From the NCBI GenBank assembly GCA_973895155.1, contig OZ316898.1, positions 10,010,286 to 10,074,285 on the forward strand: DNA of 64,000 bases. The letters run 5' to 3'. This document shows, one piece after another, positions 13,231 through 27,066 of this stretch. Each line of letters opens with the position of its first letter. Positions within the stretch are counted from its first letter, which is position 1. Origin of the DNA: Marsupella aquatica. Lineage: Eukaryota > Plantae > Marchantiophyta. The translations under genes were made by a program, and so were the position numbers. The notes under the pieces are model-generated. The model saw only the letters and a list, made by a program, of their open reading frames with translations, searched no databases and had not been told where the DNA came from.

Positions 13231-15972
13231 GCATGCGATTGATTGATCCAGATTGAAGAAACCCTCAAATGGCATTGAGAGGCCAAAAGACAACCAAAAA
13301 CATGAGAGCGAGCATTAAGCATAGCACAGAGGCCAAAAAAATGTGAGAGAGCTCAGCATGGAGAGGCCAAAAACAAATGAAAGGACAAAGAAAAGACAAG
13401 CCAAGGGAGGCCAAAAAAGGCTGGAACAATGTGAATTGGGCTGCATGTAGAGTTTTCTAGTCTGTACAAAAGCATTGTGGACCAACCCCCACTATCTAAC
13501 CCTTTGTCTTGTCCTACATCCTAAGGTCCTGCTTGTCATGGCTGCCAACTATTACCTCAAATACCCGGGTGTAACAACCTTTTCACTGAGAGATACAGGG
13601 ACAGGTTGCTCAATACTTTTACAATGAATACATATCTTTATATATTTTCAAATCAAACACTACAATTACCTATCCCGCCAAAACAGATGTACTATAGTTG
13701 ATTTATAAAATGAGAAAAAGTGGGAGCTAATTATGAACCTTCATCAAAAACTGTTTTTTTTGTTGGCAATGTCAGATCCACTTAAACACTCTCCTATCTC
13801 AAATGTCTACCAAAGCAGCCAGGACCTGCGCAATATTAAAATTATTTTTATTAATTTTAAACTTTATTGAAAAATAACATTGATATACACTTCCTCCTAT
13901 CATATGACCATGCTTGGACTCCGCGATGCCGTGCTCTAACCTTAACCCTCCTCGCAACAACACTTTAACAACAACATTAGTGACCAAAATGATAACATGT
14001 CCGTAACCATAACAATTCAATCAAAATGATGAGACATTTGTTGTCCCGAGGAAAGACTAGGAAGCAAATAAGGACGGGGAGGCTCAAGAAAACAAGAAAA
14101 TGGAGAGGCATTCAAGGATGGAGAAGAATGTTAGACATTTACTCTTAGGTCTAGCGACGGCAACCGTAGTTAGAGCTAACCTTAGTCGCAGACTAGGTTA
14201 GGCTGACTAGGTTGCACACTATATACCAAACAATGTTTGTCTGGATAGGAGTAACTTAGGCTCATTGTTATGGAGCCACTTGAGAGACATGGAAATCTTG
14301 TATTGTGGAGACTCAATATGGGCGACGGGCCTAGAGTGCATTAAAACTCTCGTGTGTTCCCATTGACATATCCTGAACTGAGATGAATTACATATCTCTT
14401 TGTGTCAACTACTTGTGCATTGAATGATCATGAACTTGTCATTGTGAATATAGTCTTTGCTCAACAAAGAAAGGGGAGGGGGAGGCTTGATCCTAGACCC
14501 TTCCCTCCCACTCATGGATGGAAAAAGGGGGAGGATCAAGAAAATGAGAAAAGGGAGAGGCGGGGGCGAGGCAAGGATCGAGAAGAATGGGGAAGGGGAG
14601 GCTTGATCTTAGACCCTTCCCTCCCACTCATGTATGGAGAAAGGGGGAGGGGCAAGTATACTTGGCCCTCTTAACTCCCATGCGAGTACTCCCCCTTTGC
14701 CTTCCCATGTGAGTGTGTGGTTTTCTATTGAAATGCATAAAGATTTCATCATGTGTGTAATATTCACTTTTCAATATTGACTATCTTTTTTCACTTTGTA
14801 CAAATTTATTATTTACTAAATTATATTCTTTTCACAACAACATCTTTTATCCAATGATGTTATTTGTGCAATGAAATCCTAAATCCAACAAATAATCTCT
14901 TTTCTGGAATGACCTCTTTAAGTATAGTCACTACAAAACAAAAAACCAAAGACATGTTCCATGATGGGCCTCTATATCCGGGCAATCTGGATTGTGTGCA
15001 CCCTTCTCTATAAAGCACCTTACATTATAAAGAGAAAATCAACAAAGGATGAAATATTTTGTCAGTGTTTCATAAAACTTGCTCTAAAAGGCTTATCTAC
15101 AACTATAATAAGGGATCCCACCTTTTTTTGTCCTTTTTTTGTCCTTCGTCCCACTACAAAAAAGCTCCTGGGCGGGGAAGATCCACAGCCGTTGGATTTG
15201 ATTAGCTGTTTTCCCTGACCATTGATGGAAGAAATGTGCACCCCTAGCACATATGTGCTTCCTGCTGCCCCTATAAATGCCCCGTCCCGACTCACTATGG
15301 GCCGGCCATCCTTGCACAGTGCAACGCACTGGCATAGGGCTTGTAGATTTAATGAATAGGATGAAAAGGTTCACAGACTTTAAGAATAGGGTCTCTCAAA
15401 GCTTTAAAGTTAAGTATGATGGCTTTTGGCAATAAGCAAATGTAACTATGCAAGGTTGTGTAAGAGTTTTTGGATTTTTTTTCCACTTGACTCTATGGCA
15501 CAAAGTTATGGACTATGAATTTGATAGTTGCTAACTTTTCCATCCCTAAGTTCCATCAAATTTGAAGTTTGAGACCCCTAGTAGGACTAAAAGGTTGATA
15601 GACATTAGGGTTCAGGACTTTGTATCTATTCATGCAAAATTTGGCAGTTTAGACAGCTGGCTGCTGCTAGACTTCATGAGGGCGTCTCAAAGTTTGAAGG
15701 AAAAACCCATCTCACCAAAACTAGATATAGCCGGGCAGTGATATTTTTGGGCTCTCGGATTTAAGAAGGGTAGTGGGAGTGTGTGAAAATCACAAAGTGA
15801 GTCAATGAACACACTGAAATTGGGTACTCTCCTTGTAGCAATAGGCCCTCAGTTTTGGTCATGACTCCCAGGCGTGATTGGTCGGGCCTCAAATTTGGTG
15901 CCCGACCAGTCATTCCCGCTGCCCCTGTCACAACACTCCTGGTACACTCCTCGACCAGGTCAAGCACAAAAT

Positions 15973-16205
15973 TTCATTCTATTCGAGACACCCTATTGCA
16001 ACTCTTTATTATTAGGAGATATGTCATCATTCATTCTTCTATTTGAGACACCCTATTACAACTCTTTTATTATTTGAGACACCCTAGTGCACTATTTGAG
16101 ACACCCTATTATAGCTCTTTATTATTTTGAGCTCTTTATTATTTGGAGATATGTCATCAAGCTTATTATTGCAGCTCTTTATTATTCGGAGATATCTCAT
16201 CAAGC
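15973..16205. repeat. Degenerate minisatellite
   Basis: Repeated modules gagacaccctatt...ctcttt(t)attatt and ggagatatgtcatca. Confidence 0.75.
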
Positions 16206-16267
16206 TTATCAGTGGCAGCATTTGTGCGCTTCGCACTGGAATTCTGAACGAGAGATGCGATGGCACT

Positions 16268-16708
16268 ATGCTATCAGACAGGTGGGATGGGAAGGATTTG
16301 GCATTTAGGAAGCTTTCACGAACTTTGGCGTTCAGACAAAGTGCCTCACATTGACGGTAGGCTCTACATTCCATGCCGGCGGATGCGCGATAAGCCAGAG
16401 CAATTGAAAATAGATTTCTCGCTGGCCATCTGCGTGGTTTCACCATTGCAGCTATTTCTTCGCAGACATCTCCTCAAGCTTACTAGTTGCGGAAAGCTTA
16501 TTGGGTGCGGAATTTGTCTGGCGGGATGCTAACTGACAGGTTGGAAGGATTTGGCATTTTGGAAACTTTCAGGAATTTTGGCGTAGAGACAAAGTGCCTC
16601 TCATAGTCACATTGAGGGTAGGCCCTACATGCCATGCCGTCGGATGCGCGCTAGGAGCAATTGAAAATGGGTTTCTCGCTGGCCATCTGCATGGTTGCAC
16701 CACGCATT
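16268..16708. repeat. Diverged direct duplication of about 180 bp (16268-16450 and 16525-16708)
   Basis: ggaaggatttggcattt...gacaaagtgcctc...catgccg.cggatgcgcg...gagcaattgaaaat...tttctcgctggccatctgc occurs twice. Confidence 0.8.
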
Positions 16709-17639
16709 ACGGCGATGTGATCATTTCGAGGCGAAAAAGATCAGCCCACCACACTTTGCATGCATTTGACGAGAATGATACGCATTGCGGCTACACCGCT
16801 ACAGACCTACAGTCCAGAAGCTATGGTGTAAACTGACGAATAGCTTCTTCTCTGTTTCTCTCACTATTTCGATAGCAGGGTTGCGGGCCGGCGTTGTGGA
16901 TAGCATACTTCATGAGTGCGTTTACGTGTAAACGTTGCTGGGAGATCATATCATGAAACGCTAAATTGGATTGGATTGGATGAGCTTCACTAAGTACTTC
17001 TTAGTGTGACGGATCATAAAGGCAGACTGATGAAGGCTGAAGGCGCTGTGCTTCATTCTTCGTGAAAGCGTTCTTTTATAAAAGACTTTGGAGATGATTG
17101 CATGAAAGATTGGATTGCGGAGGATGTTTAGATCGAATGTGGTCATTAAATGCATGCTCTGACCGACCAGACAGAATTGTCCGCCTCGAGTGAGTGAAGA
17201 GATCATCATCGTCATCACTATCAGCAGCAACGAGGAGAAGAACGAGAGCAGAAACGTCACCAACAATTGGCAATGGAGACGGCCTTCCTGTTCTTCGTGA
17301 TGTATGCCCTGTGTCTGGTGATGGGGTTTCGCAGCTGGGTCCTCATCCAGCGCAACACTTGGATTCTCAGGAGGTTTGAGTTCGGGCTCACCTGGGCCGA
17401 AGGAATTTTAGGTTAGCCAGACAGCCGGAGATTGACCAATTAGGGGTCAGTGCGACAGCTTTACCCCGGGGGCCGAAGGAATTTAAAGCAGGCACCCGGA
17501 GATGTAACTGTTAGGGGTTGGAAAGCTTTCCGCATATAGCATGGATGAGCTGGAGGCATCGAAGAGGATTGGGCTGACAGCAGTTCTGGCCACATTTCAA
17601 ACTGTTGGAGACCATTTGATTGTCAGCAATTGATCGGTA

Positions 17640-19868
17640 ATGTTTGTTCCACGCGCTGTGAGAAAGCGCTCTGCTGCTGCTTTGGGCCCTTCTTCATTGT
17701 CTTCTTCTCTCTCACCTTCGCTGGATCTTCCTCCAGATTCCTCGTTGAAGACCCTCAAGTCCCCACTCACTCTTGCGCTGAGTCCTCCTCCGTCAAGCAG
17801 CTTCACTCCTGGTCCAATTTCCTCTTCGTCGACCACCCAGTCTATATTGTTATCCCCGAATTCCTCTCCAACCTCGCAGGTTGCACCAGTTCCTGCAAGG
17901 GCTCCTGGACCCTCCGGTGGTAGTTCAATTCCGGTTGTACCCACAGTACCTGTCACTTCCTGCTTGATTTCTAGTCTGGGCCAGGGCTCAGCGAGCGCTC
18001 CCTCTTCAGATGGTGGCGAAACGTTGTCGTCGACAGATCTTAATGGTGGGAATCCACGTGAAGATGAAGGTGACTACTCTAAACCCGAGGAGCTAAGTGC
18101 TTGTCGTTGTTTTGATTCAATGTAATGAAACTAATTTTGCGCATAACAGTCCAGTTGAAAGTCTCTCTGGAGGAGTGCAGAGTTCTAATTTGGCGGTCCT
18201 TTCGGTGTGTATTAATGTACAGATAACCCAGTGAAGTTGAGGAGCATTGACCAGAGACCTGCGCAACCGGACGAGCCAAGTTGCGTGGTTTGCGGGCGTT
18301 ATGGGGAGTATATCTGTGATGAAACAGACGACGATGTATGCAGTGTGGAATGTAAAGCCGTTGTTCTCAAAGCGGTATCTAATTCCAATCGAGCCGATAC
18401 TCCAGGGGAGCGGCCAAGTCAAGAGGCAGATGACGCAAGGCAGAATGCCAGAATCTTTTTGCACAGCAAAAACTCTCTGCCTTGCATGCAGGATGAGGTA
18501 GAGGAGATAATTGTTAGAGATGGAGTGAAGAGCTTACCTGAGTGGGAACCTGACGGGGCAATAAAAAAGTTGACTCAGCAGCAGGTGGATGCCCTGAGGA
18601 AACAGATAGATGTATCTGTGCAAGGAGATGAAGTGCCAAGGCCCATTTTGGAATTTTCAAACTGCAATTTGCTGCCGAAGCTGCAAGCTAATTTGGAAAT
18701 TGCAGGCTATGAAACGCCTACGCCTGTGCAAATGCAGGTCATTCCTGCAGCCTTGAAAGGGCGTGATATGTTGGTATCCGCAGGGACAGGTTCAGGAAAG
18801 ACTTTTGGGTACCTGCTATCTATAATCGTTCGGATCTGTTCGATTCGGTCCCATTACCAACTTGAACCCCGTAAGCCTCTTGCAATTGTGCTAACTCCCA
18901 CAAGAGAACTTAGTGTGCAGGTAGAACAGCAAGCTAAGTATCTGGCTAAGGGCCTTCAATTCAAGACTGCGCTGGTTGTCGGTGGGGATGCAATGCCTAG
19001 GCAGCTATACAGGATCAATCAGGGGGTGGAGCTAATCGTCGGCACTCCAGGAAGGCTGGTTGATTTATTTGCGAAGCATGATGTTGAATTGGACAATGTA
19101 TGTATGTTGGTCCTCGATGAGGTGGACTGCATGCTCGAACGTGGCTTCCGAGATCAAGTTGTGCAAATACAAACAGCCTTGTCACAACCTCAAATGTTGA
19201 TGTTTTCAGCTACAATTCCACCAGACATAGAGAAGTTCTCAACTTCAATTTTGAGAAGGCCTTTAACGATATCGGTGGGAATGTCTAGTTCACCTAGCGA
19301 TGCCGTGAAGCAGACGATTTTGTGGGTGGAATCTAATCAGAAAAGGAAGAAACTGTTTGATATCATCAGGAGCCGACGTCATTTTCACCCTCCAGTTGTT
19401 GTGTTTGTCAACTCAAGAGCTGGCGCCGATCTGCTTTCGGAATCTATACAGTCAGTAACAGGCATTCAGGCAGCAGCTATTCATGGTGAAAAGCCCATGC
19501 AAGAACGGAGACAAGTTCTCAATGATTTTCTCATGGGCAATCTTCCTATTGTTGTAGCCACGGGCGTTCTCGGAAGGGGTTTGGACCTTCTTCGAGTGAC
19601 ACAGGTTGTTGTTTTTGACATGCCACACAGTACGCAAGAGTACATTCACCAAATTGGAAGAGCTTCAAGGTTGGGCGTGCCGGGGTCAGCCATGGTTTTC
19701 ATCAATAATGACAGTAAGATTCTTTTCAGGGATCTCGTTGAGCTTCTTCAAAGATCAGGAGTTGTGGTACCAAAGGAACTTCTAAATTCCCCATATGCAG
19801 CGTCTTCTTATGCAGCCGCATACAATCCTAGGAAAAGGAAGGCACATCATAAGGACAAGCGACGTTGA
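17640..19868 (+). CDS. DDX59: DEAD-box RNA helicase RH41/DDX59 with HIT-type zinc finger, 2 exons (17640-18069, 18223-19868)
   Basis: zf-HIT CVVCGRYGEYICDETDDDVCSVECK, Q motif PTPVQ, GTGSGKT, PTREL, DEVD, SAT, RGLD, HQIGRASR. A phase-1 intron (G|gtgact...tacag|AT) joins the upstream Ser/Pro-rich ORF beginning MFVPR in frame. Confidence 0.93.
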
Positions 19869-21693
19869 CTTAAACATATGAGGGTGGTGACCCAAGCCGG
19901 ATGAATTGGAGCCCTTAAAATGATCAACTCTCACTGATCAATAACTTGGATGCCTTTGCACTCTGAAAGGTAGTCAATTGTTTGGCTTGACATGTGTAGT
20001 TGGATACCGGCATGCTTTCTCCGACACTTCTTGTTGAGAAAATTTTAGATTTTTGTGCACCTATATCAATTTGCATAGCCTCTGTACTGAATTCTTTAGT
20101 TTGTGGATGGGAATAATTCAAGGCTAGTGCCTTTCATCTTCCACCGAGCCTATACTCTTCAAAGTGCCGATCATCTGCACAGGGCCACTCAAAAATTAAC
20201 CAGCACTCATTGTTATTTGGTACAGTACAGCAGTTAGTTGGACTAGTTTAACAACGACGTGTTATCAATCTCACAGAACATTTGCGTGCTGATGCAGAGC
20301 AACAACAGAACGCAGCTTCATCAGGGGATTTTAAGACGGCTTGATCTCCCACCAATCACAGGTACATGGACTTTTTTCTACACATTATAAGAATTTCTAT
20401 GGAAATGAAAGTCCGCAGGGTAGCAACAGACAGCAAACCAGGACATCGCTTATCTAAGCTCGATGAATTGGAGCTGAGGCCCTCAGAGTCTAAGCTTTGT
20501 TTCTGGAGGTCCGTGCCTTCATTCCACAGTATTGTAAATGGTTCTTTACAGAAAGATGGATCAGGATACTTGAGTAGTTCGTATGCGTACTCGAGTGAAC
20601 AAGCCCTGATCTGAAGTACTAAGACGACGAGAGCATTCTAGATAAGATGTTGATACATCACGAAGAGGGCAGTAACAGCGTGTAAAGGCTTCAGTGCAGA
20701 CAAGTGGCTTTTCTGTAACTGTTGCGATTTGTACAGACAATCAAAGTAAATTTGATTGGATTTGAAGGGTTACGTGTGGACTGCGCGGGGTCTGACCACT
20801 TGTATGTAGTTCATTGAGTAGCGGGACATCAATTATTATGGCCATCTGAACAGTCGCATCACCCCTGGACCTGTGGATGATTTGAGGTGAAGTACTTGGG
20901 CGTCCCGGTTATCTTTATCTCAGGAGGATCTAATTGTAGTAAATAACCTCCGTTCGAACTGTCGGCACTGATGAATCTGTACGTCACACCCCGTGTTATG
21001 TGCCTGGATGCCTTTCTCGAAATTCTTTTACTTGGCCATTCGGATGCACCGAAGAATCGCGCGTAAAAGCATGGCCACTGTGCTCCACTTTAGATTAGCG
21101 GAATTATGGTAATTAGATTTTGTCAAGAGGGTCAAGTTGGTTTCTTGGCTACAAATATTACGACTTGTTTGGAGGTATAGGATCTAATTGGGTTAATCAG
21201 GAAACACAGTGTCAGGATGGGAGACATCTTTCCTCTTGACTCCAATGTTAGAGGCTTGTTTCATCGTATTAAGTTGATGGGGACGCGTTCATTCCGTGCC
21301 TTCAATTCCTTAAGAGGTGTCGCCCTTCCACTTGGAATATAGGATAGAATTTGGTTGCATGGGTACCTATAATCCACGAACCTTTTTCGAAAATCAGAAC
21401 TGCCACTGCTTCATCAAGAGGAATTTTCAAAGCTAGGGAGTCGGTTAGATCCCATGACTGCGGTCGAACAAGATCCTGGCCCCTTACCCTTGGAGCTTCT
21501 GCTGTGATTTTAACGAGATGCTGTGATTTTAACGAGAAACGTTTTTGGACCCTGGAGTGCGTTTCGGAGACTGCATTCTACAAGGTCTCTTTTTAAATTC
21601 TAGCAGCAGCGCATGATCTTACGGCGCATCATGTGTTGAATGTATGAATTTCAGCATACAAAGATGCCATGAGCAAAATCCTATTCAGTTTTG

Positions 21694-24142
21694 CTATTTA
21701 GACCAGCCTCGGTCAGCTTGCAGCTTCACAAAATCGGCCAATGCTCTGATACTTTCCTCACTGAGCCTTGGCCCAAAGGTGCATTGACCTCTAGGGGTAC
21801 ACTTCTCGCCATAGCCCTGCAAGAGGCCGACATTGTGGCTTCAGATTGTGGAGGATATTGTTGACAAGAATTGCATCAATCCAGTTGTCCTATAGTTCCA
21901 AGGCGATTCCTATCAGGAGATACCAACTTATTATCTAGCAGCAAAATGTGCAGAAACACGAAGGCAATAAAACAATTATTATGAACAAATCCGACGGCCC
22001 CCTAGGTTTCTCCTCATGAAACTGTTAGAGTTGAGAAATTTCCTGTAACAATTGTGATTGGAGAAACTTACAGGCATACGGTTCTTCCCAAAATATGTGA
22101 TATTATAGATATCATCAACTGCAGCAATCCCATTTCTGTATAGATGTCATCCAACAACAAGGACTGTCAGCACAAGCAACTAAACATTATCACAAGATAG
22201 GGAATCACGTGTGGAGGGTTATCTGTGGGTATCCAACAAGGAAGAAAGATCGTCTACTCCTTGACAAGATCTGGAAAATTGATGATGACAACTGCTTTAG
22301 GCGAGGGTGAATATCTTCGAAAATGCTACAGAAGTTGAAAAGGATAATAACTATTCTGCTTACTTTTCCAGGTCTTCCGTACGCAATGTTGCGGCCTGCC
22401 GGAACCCACAAGTTGTGATTAAAACCATTGAAGGATTCATCGTTCCTTGATTTCTTTCAAATCTGAGGATCCTCTAAGCACTGCCTCTCAGGTTGCGAGA
22501 GAGCTTCTCTCATCAATCTTGCAAGTGCATTTAACTGACATAGGTCCAACTAATCTGCTGTAACCCATTGCTTTGCCTCTGGGAAACCAAGAATCTTAAC
22601 TGAAGCCCACACCACTGTCAACACAACATATTCTACCTAGTCATTGGCACTAGACTTGCATTAACCTTAACAGGTACAAATGAAAGTACTGCAGCAAGCT
22701 CGTTTGACTTTAGGAGGGGGGGGAGGGGTGGGGGGGGGGGGGGAATTTTAGCCTTCATTTATCAGAAAATTTGTCAAATTCAAAAAGGCTCGGTAGATCT
22801 GTGGGTTTGCCAAAGATCGCAAAACAACAAGAAGATAAGACACAACACAGCAAGACTCTACGATCAAACAAGCTTAACTCCACAAGGGGCAGATAAGGTG
22901 AGAACAATACCGGTTGTAAGATATTCCCACCTCCCGCATGACAACCTGCACAACTACGCTCAAAGATAGCTCCAGCCTCGATTTCCAAGCTTTCCAGAGA
23001 GTTCGCCTCTGCAACTATAAGGACAACAATTTACTCGGTTTACAGTTTGCTGATGTGGAATATGAACTAACAGATGGGTCGGCCAAACATTGACACCTGA
23101 AGAAACTGGTTGAGTCACTGCAAGGATAAGAAATATCTCGCCCACGACAAGTCAGGTCAATTGTGACCTTCCAAGCAAGTGCTAAATCGACGAGAGATGA
23201 GATAATATAACGGGAAACTACTATGTAACTTGGGGAGGACGACAGACGAGAGGCTGACCATTGACGCATGTGGCTGCGACGAGTGTTGTGGCTGCTAGGG
23301 CCATCATAATTGACGACAATTTAGTAGTTTGCTCTCCCAAGATCTTCCAGCTGGATACCTCGGCTTCTTGGAGACAGTCTCCTAATTCACGCAAACAATC
23401 CAGTTGAAACAAAATTCGAAAACGTCAAAGGTCCAATAGATGCATTCCAACAATCCATATTTGAGAAAGGGGTTGAATTTTTCGTCAGACTAACAATTAA
23501 TAAGTGTTTCCAATTCTATGCAAGTTTTTCCTTGTGTAAACAATAAGGGTGAGAATGGGGACATACTTGTTACTTTCAAACGACCCTTTAAAGCGAGCAC
23601 AGTCAAGGAGAACATTTGCCCCCTGCAAGAAGAGAATCGCAATTTTAGTGGACAACCTGAGTCCACCACAATCTCGAGAGAATTACACAGGACCTGAGTT
23701 CTACCTCTGAAGCTTCCGAGGTGCGTCAGAGTTTCTATATCAAGGACACTGCAGTCGTACAAAAGACACTAGCACAACCAATTTTATGCTACAGTACGCA
23801 CGGCCAAACAGATTCCAGGCAGGTAGCAAGAGAAACACCCTTTATGTTGGAAAAAAACCTCAAAAGATGAAAACACATGCAATCTAGATCAAACATTATT
23901 GTCACGCAGAACACAGAAAAGACTCTCTGGAATGACCACTTCTACAACACTACTGTAGATACGAACACCGAGAACCCAGCTAAATTGGAAAAAAGGGGGG
24001 AACGGGACCGGACAATCCTCGAATTTCTCAGAGAGCGCTCGCTATGGCCTCCGATCGAGATCAACACCTGGGTTCCATCCGTCTGCCGCGCAGCAACGGA
24101 TCCAAGAGCAGCACCGACAATCGTAGCTGAAACCGCGGCCAT
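21694..24142 (-). CDS. PETJ: Chloroplast cytochrome c6A
   Basis: Exons 23008-22911 (GAIFERSCAGCHAGGGNILQP, CxxCH), 22395-22364 (AATLRTEDLEK), 22135-22072 (NGIAAVDDIYNITYFGKNRMP) and 21816-21694 (GYGEKCTPRGQCTFGPRLSEE...QADRGWSK*). The two-Cys loop insertion is diagnostic of c6A. A hydrophobic lumen-targeting exon lies at about 23381-23259. The start at 24142 and the transit-peptide exons are less certain. Confidence 0.9.
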
Positions 24143-24944
24143 CTCAACAACGACAACAACAACAACAGGAGCTGCAGCGAAATGAGAACAGAGTCGCAAC
24201 CCCTGCTGCTCCGCTCCCTCGTCTTGGACCAAAGCAAATGCTCCTCGCTCAGCTGATTCTCTTGCTACTATTGTACGTAAACGTCACCTGTTTTCCTCTC
24301 GTGCAAAGATTCTTCGTCACCTATCGAGATGGTTGTTTTCTCGACTAAGAGAGGATCGATGAAGGGCGGACGAGCATTGGGCGAATTGAGACGGTACTGA
24401 AGGTTGACATTCACACTCCTGTTCTTCTTTAGCACACTGCACCTATTTGTAAACTACGAGTGGTGCACGTTTGGTACAGGACATGTTTTTGAAAAAGGTT
24501 TGGAGAAGTTATTGGCTGAACTTTCAGCTTTGTGGTGGGGGCCGAAAATGTCTCCAAATCTTTTTTGTGCGCATACCATTTCTCCACATAAGATTCTGCA
24601 AAATATAGTGTACAATACTAAAGAGAGTACACTTTAGCTTTTGTGACCAAACCTCTTTGGTCAGGGCCCTGGTGAATGTGGAGGGTGAGTGTGGGCTGGG
24701 TATACTGGTGTGAGTCCTGGTTTCTACTCAACCCCCTAGTTGGTCAGATTTGGGGCCATTTAACCCTCTCTCCCTCATGGTTTGGGTCCCTTATTGATCA
24801 CTGGGTATTGTCCCCTTGTGGCTACCCTACATAATATCGCATGCTCCGGAGCAGGACGTCTATCCTATGTTGGATGGGCCTGCTTTTGGCTTTCAAGGCC
24901 AAAAACAAATTGATTAATGTCCACTAGCCTGATTACCGTTTCCT

Positions 24945-25170
24945 TGATTACCCTTTCCTTGAACATACTTAGATATAAGATAATAAAAAAAGTTTTGCAA
25001 AAGAATCTATGTTGTTTCCCTTTATCTTTGTGTTATGCACTTCACTTTCACTCTTTTGTTCTTATTAACTTTGTCTTTATTTATAGAATTAGGAGCTAGA
25101 GGCTTCACTTAACTTTGTCTTTATTCATAGAATTAGGGGCTAGGGGCTTCACTCTATAAGCCTAGACCCC
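24945..25170 (+). repeat. Short dispersed repeat family, diverged copy 2 with an internal 43-bp tandem duplication
   Basis: Start gattaccc.ttccttgaacata and end ctag.ggcttcactcta...cctag.ccc match the other copies. Confidence 0.5.
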
Positions 25171-26679
25171 AGCTCTGGCTTCTGTTTGCAATTAGTTATA
25201 TACATTTTCATTTCAGAAAAATGTCTAGCACGGTACATGTTTTTGAAAAAAGTAGAAAATTTGTTCGTATCCATTTGGTTGGAAAGGTTTTGTTTCACAG
25301 AAACATTTTCATGCTAGATTATTTCCTTTTGTGCAGCTTTAATAACAAAACAGGCCAAAATAAATTTTTAGCCAAGGTGCATGAAAAATTTCATGACTAA
25401 AGGATTTTATTAATAGTAAGGTTATGAGCCCCTTGCTAAACTGGCCCCAGGATCCACTTACTTAATTCTCTGTGTCACTGGCACAAATCAAGGCGACGGT
25501 CCTCCTAAGCGAAGTTTTAAGAAATGCGAAACCTCCATCCCAAGTTTGTTATGGACATCCCATGGCAAGCTCAACCATTGATACAACAGATTGATAAGCA
25601 TGTAATTGGCCATTTTTTTAAGCATCATCCTTTGATGTTGGGTGCCCAAAAAACGATATACTTGGTTTTTCACAAAATCACATACCAAACCCCCAAAAAA
25701 CAACTTTTAAGCTCTTTGTCACTAAAGATGTTTGAATTTATAACTATGTCATTAGTTTTATTGTATTTACAAATATGCCACATTTTTTGTATATAGTTCC
25801 CCTGGTTAGGTTACTGAACTTGTCATCCAATATAAAGGCCTGATAAGATATGTAATATTTTAGCATCCCACCTTTTTTTTACATTTTGAGAATTTGAACC
25901 CCCCATAGACCACAAGGTTGGTCCTTGAAAAATGGACCATTACACGCTTATCAATCCTAGTGGACCACATTTCCTAAAATTTGAGCGTAACTTGATATTC
26001 AGATATTTTTCAGTTTGGGGATATGCTAGAGGAGTAGGTAAGGTACTCCTCCATCAAAGTGACTGAAATTTGTGGCCACTTTGGTTGAATTATTCATCAT
26101 AAAATGCCAATGGGTAAATTCCATTGCATTAATTTTCAGTGTGTTAGTATGAAGTATTTAGCCGTGTATTTTTTGTGTCTCCTCCTTCTCTAGTTGCCTT
26201 GCAGTGCAAAACTAAAAAATCATTTTAGTGCTCATAGTCATCAAATTATTGGTCCCAAATTCACATGGACTACCAAAATGTCCAACATGGTGGGTCCATT
26301 CTGGCTTTAGCTTCCATTTTTGCGTTGTCTGGCAAAAACATTTTATTTAATTATTCTTGCACTGTACTCATTCCCAACCTCTTTGTAATATAAGCTGCTG
26401 GATTGCTGTGGCGGGACATGAGCCTTTTAATTAAGGAAGGAACAACAAAGGCATTTCTCGAAAGAGAGATGGAGATGGAATTGCTGTGACGGTCTGGAGC
26501 CTTTTCAGGAAGAAACGAGGAACTTCTCGAAACAGCGATCAGATCGCAGAACAGCAATTATTGACGGAAGAGAGCGGCAAAGCAAAGCAGTGGAAGCAGA
26601 GCATCAGTTTTAGTCAAGTCTGTTTAGCGTTTGAAGCTCGGAGTTGGGACGAGGGAATCGCTCATTCGGAGGTTTTTAT

Positions 26680-27066
26680 ATGGATGATAATCGCGAGCAT
26701 CAAGAGATTGTCGTTGGCAGCACCGCTGCTGTCACTGCGAAGAGCATGGGGTCGATTCTCGGGAATGAGATTGAGGAGAAGGAGGAAGAGCGGAGGGAGC
26801 AAGAGCAACACGTTGGGCAGACGGAGGACACGGCGCGATTGAGATTGATGGAGATCTCGAAAGCTGTGCCGCCTACAGATGAGGTCGATTCGAACGCAGA
26901 CGAAGAACATTCTCAGTTACCTCCGCAGAATGCTTCTCCTTCTCCTTCTTCTTCTTCACCTGCCTCGAGACCGGAAGCTGAGGAGGAAATTCGCCGCAAG
27001 CTTATGTCGATTTCGTACTCGTTTGACCAACCTCTTTCCAATCCTGGACAACCGGTTGCGGGATGA
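26680..27066 (+). CDS. Small acidic uncharacterised protein (128 aa) with repeated R-x-x-L-x-x-IS motif
   Basis: Single-exon ORF with ATG at 26680 and Glu/Ser/Pro-rich linkers. The motifs TARLRLMEISK and IRRKLMSISY resemble a small plant-specific family as I recall it. Confidence 0.65.
   Translation: MDDNREHQEIVVGSTAAVTAKSMGSILGNEIEEKEEERREQEQHVGQTEDTARLRLMEISKAVPPTDEVDSNADEEHSQLPPQNASPSPSSSSPASRPEAEEEIRRKLMSISYSFDQPLSNPGQPVAG

Noticed and set aside
11230-13577. Possible solo LTR (GGAGTCGC-like motifs, ending GGTGTAACA)
   Set aside because: No paired LTR, TSD, PBS or coding remnants could be established.
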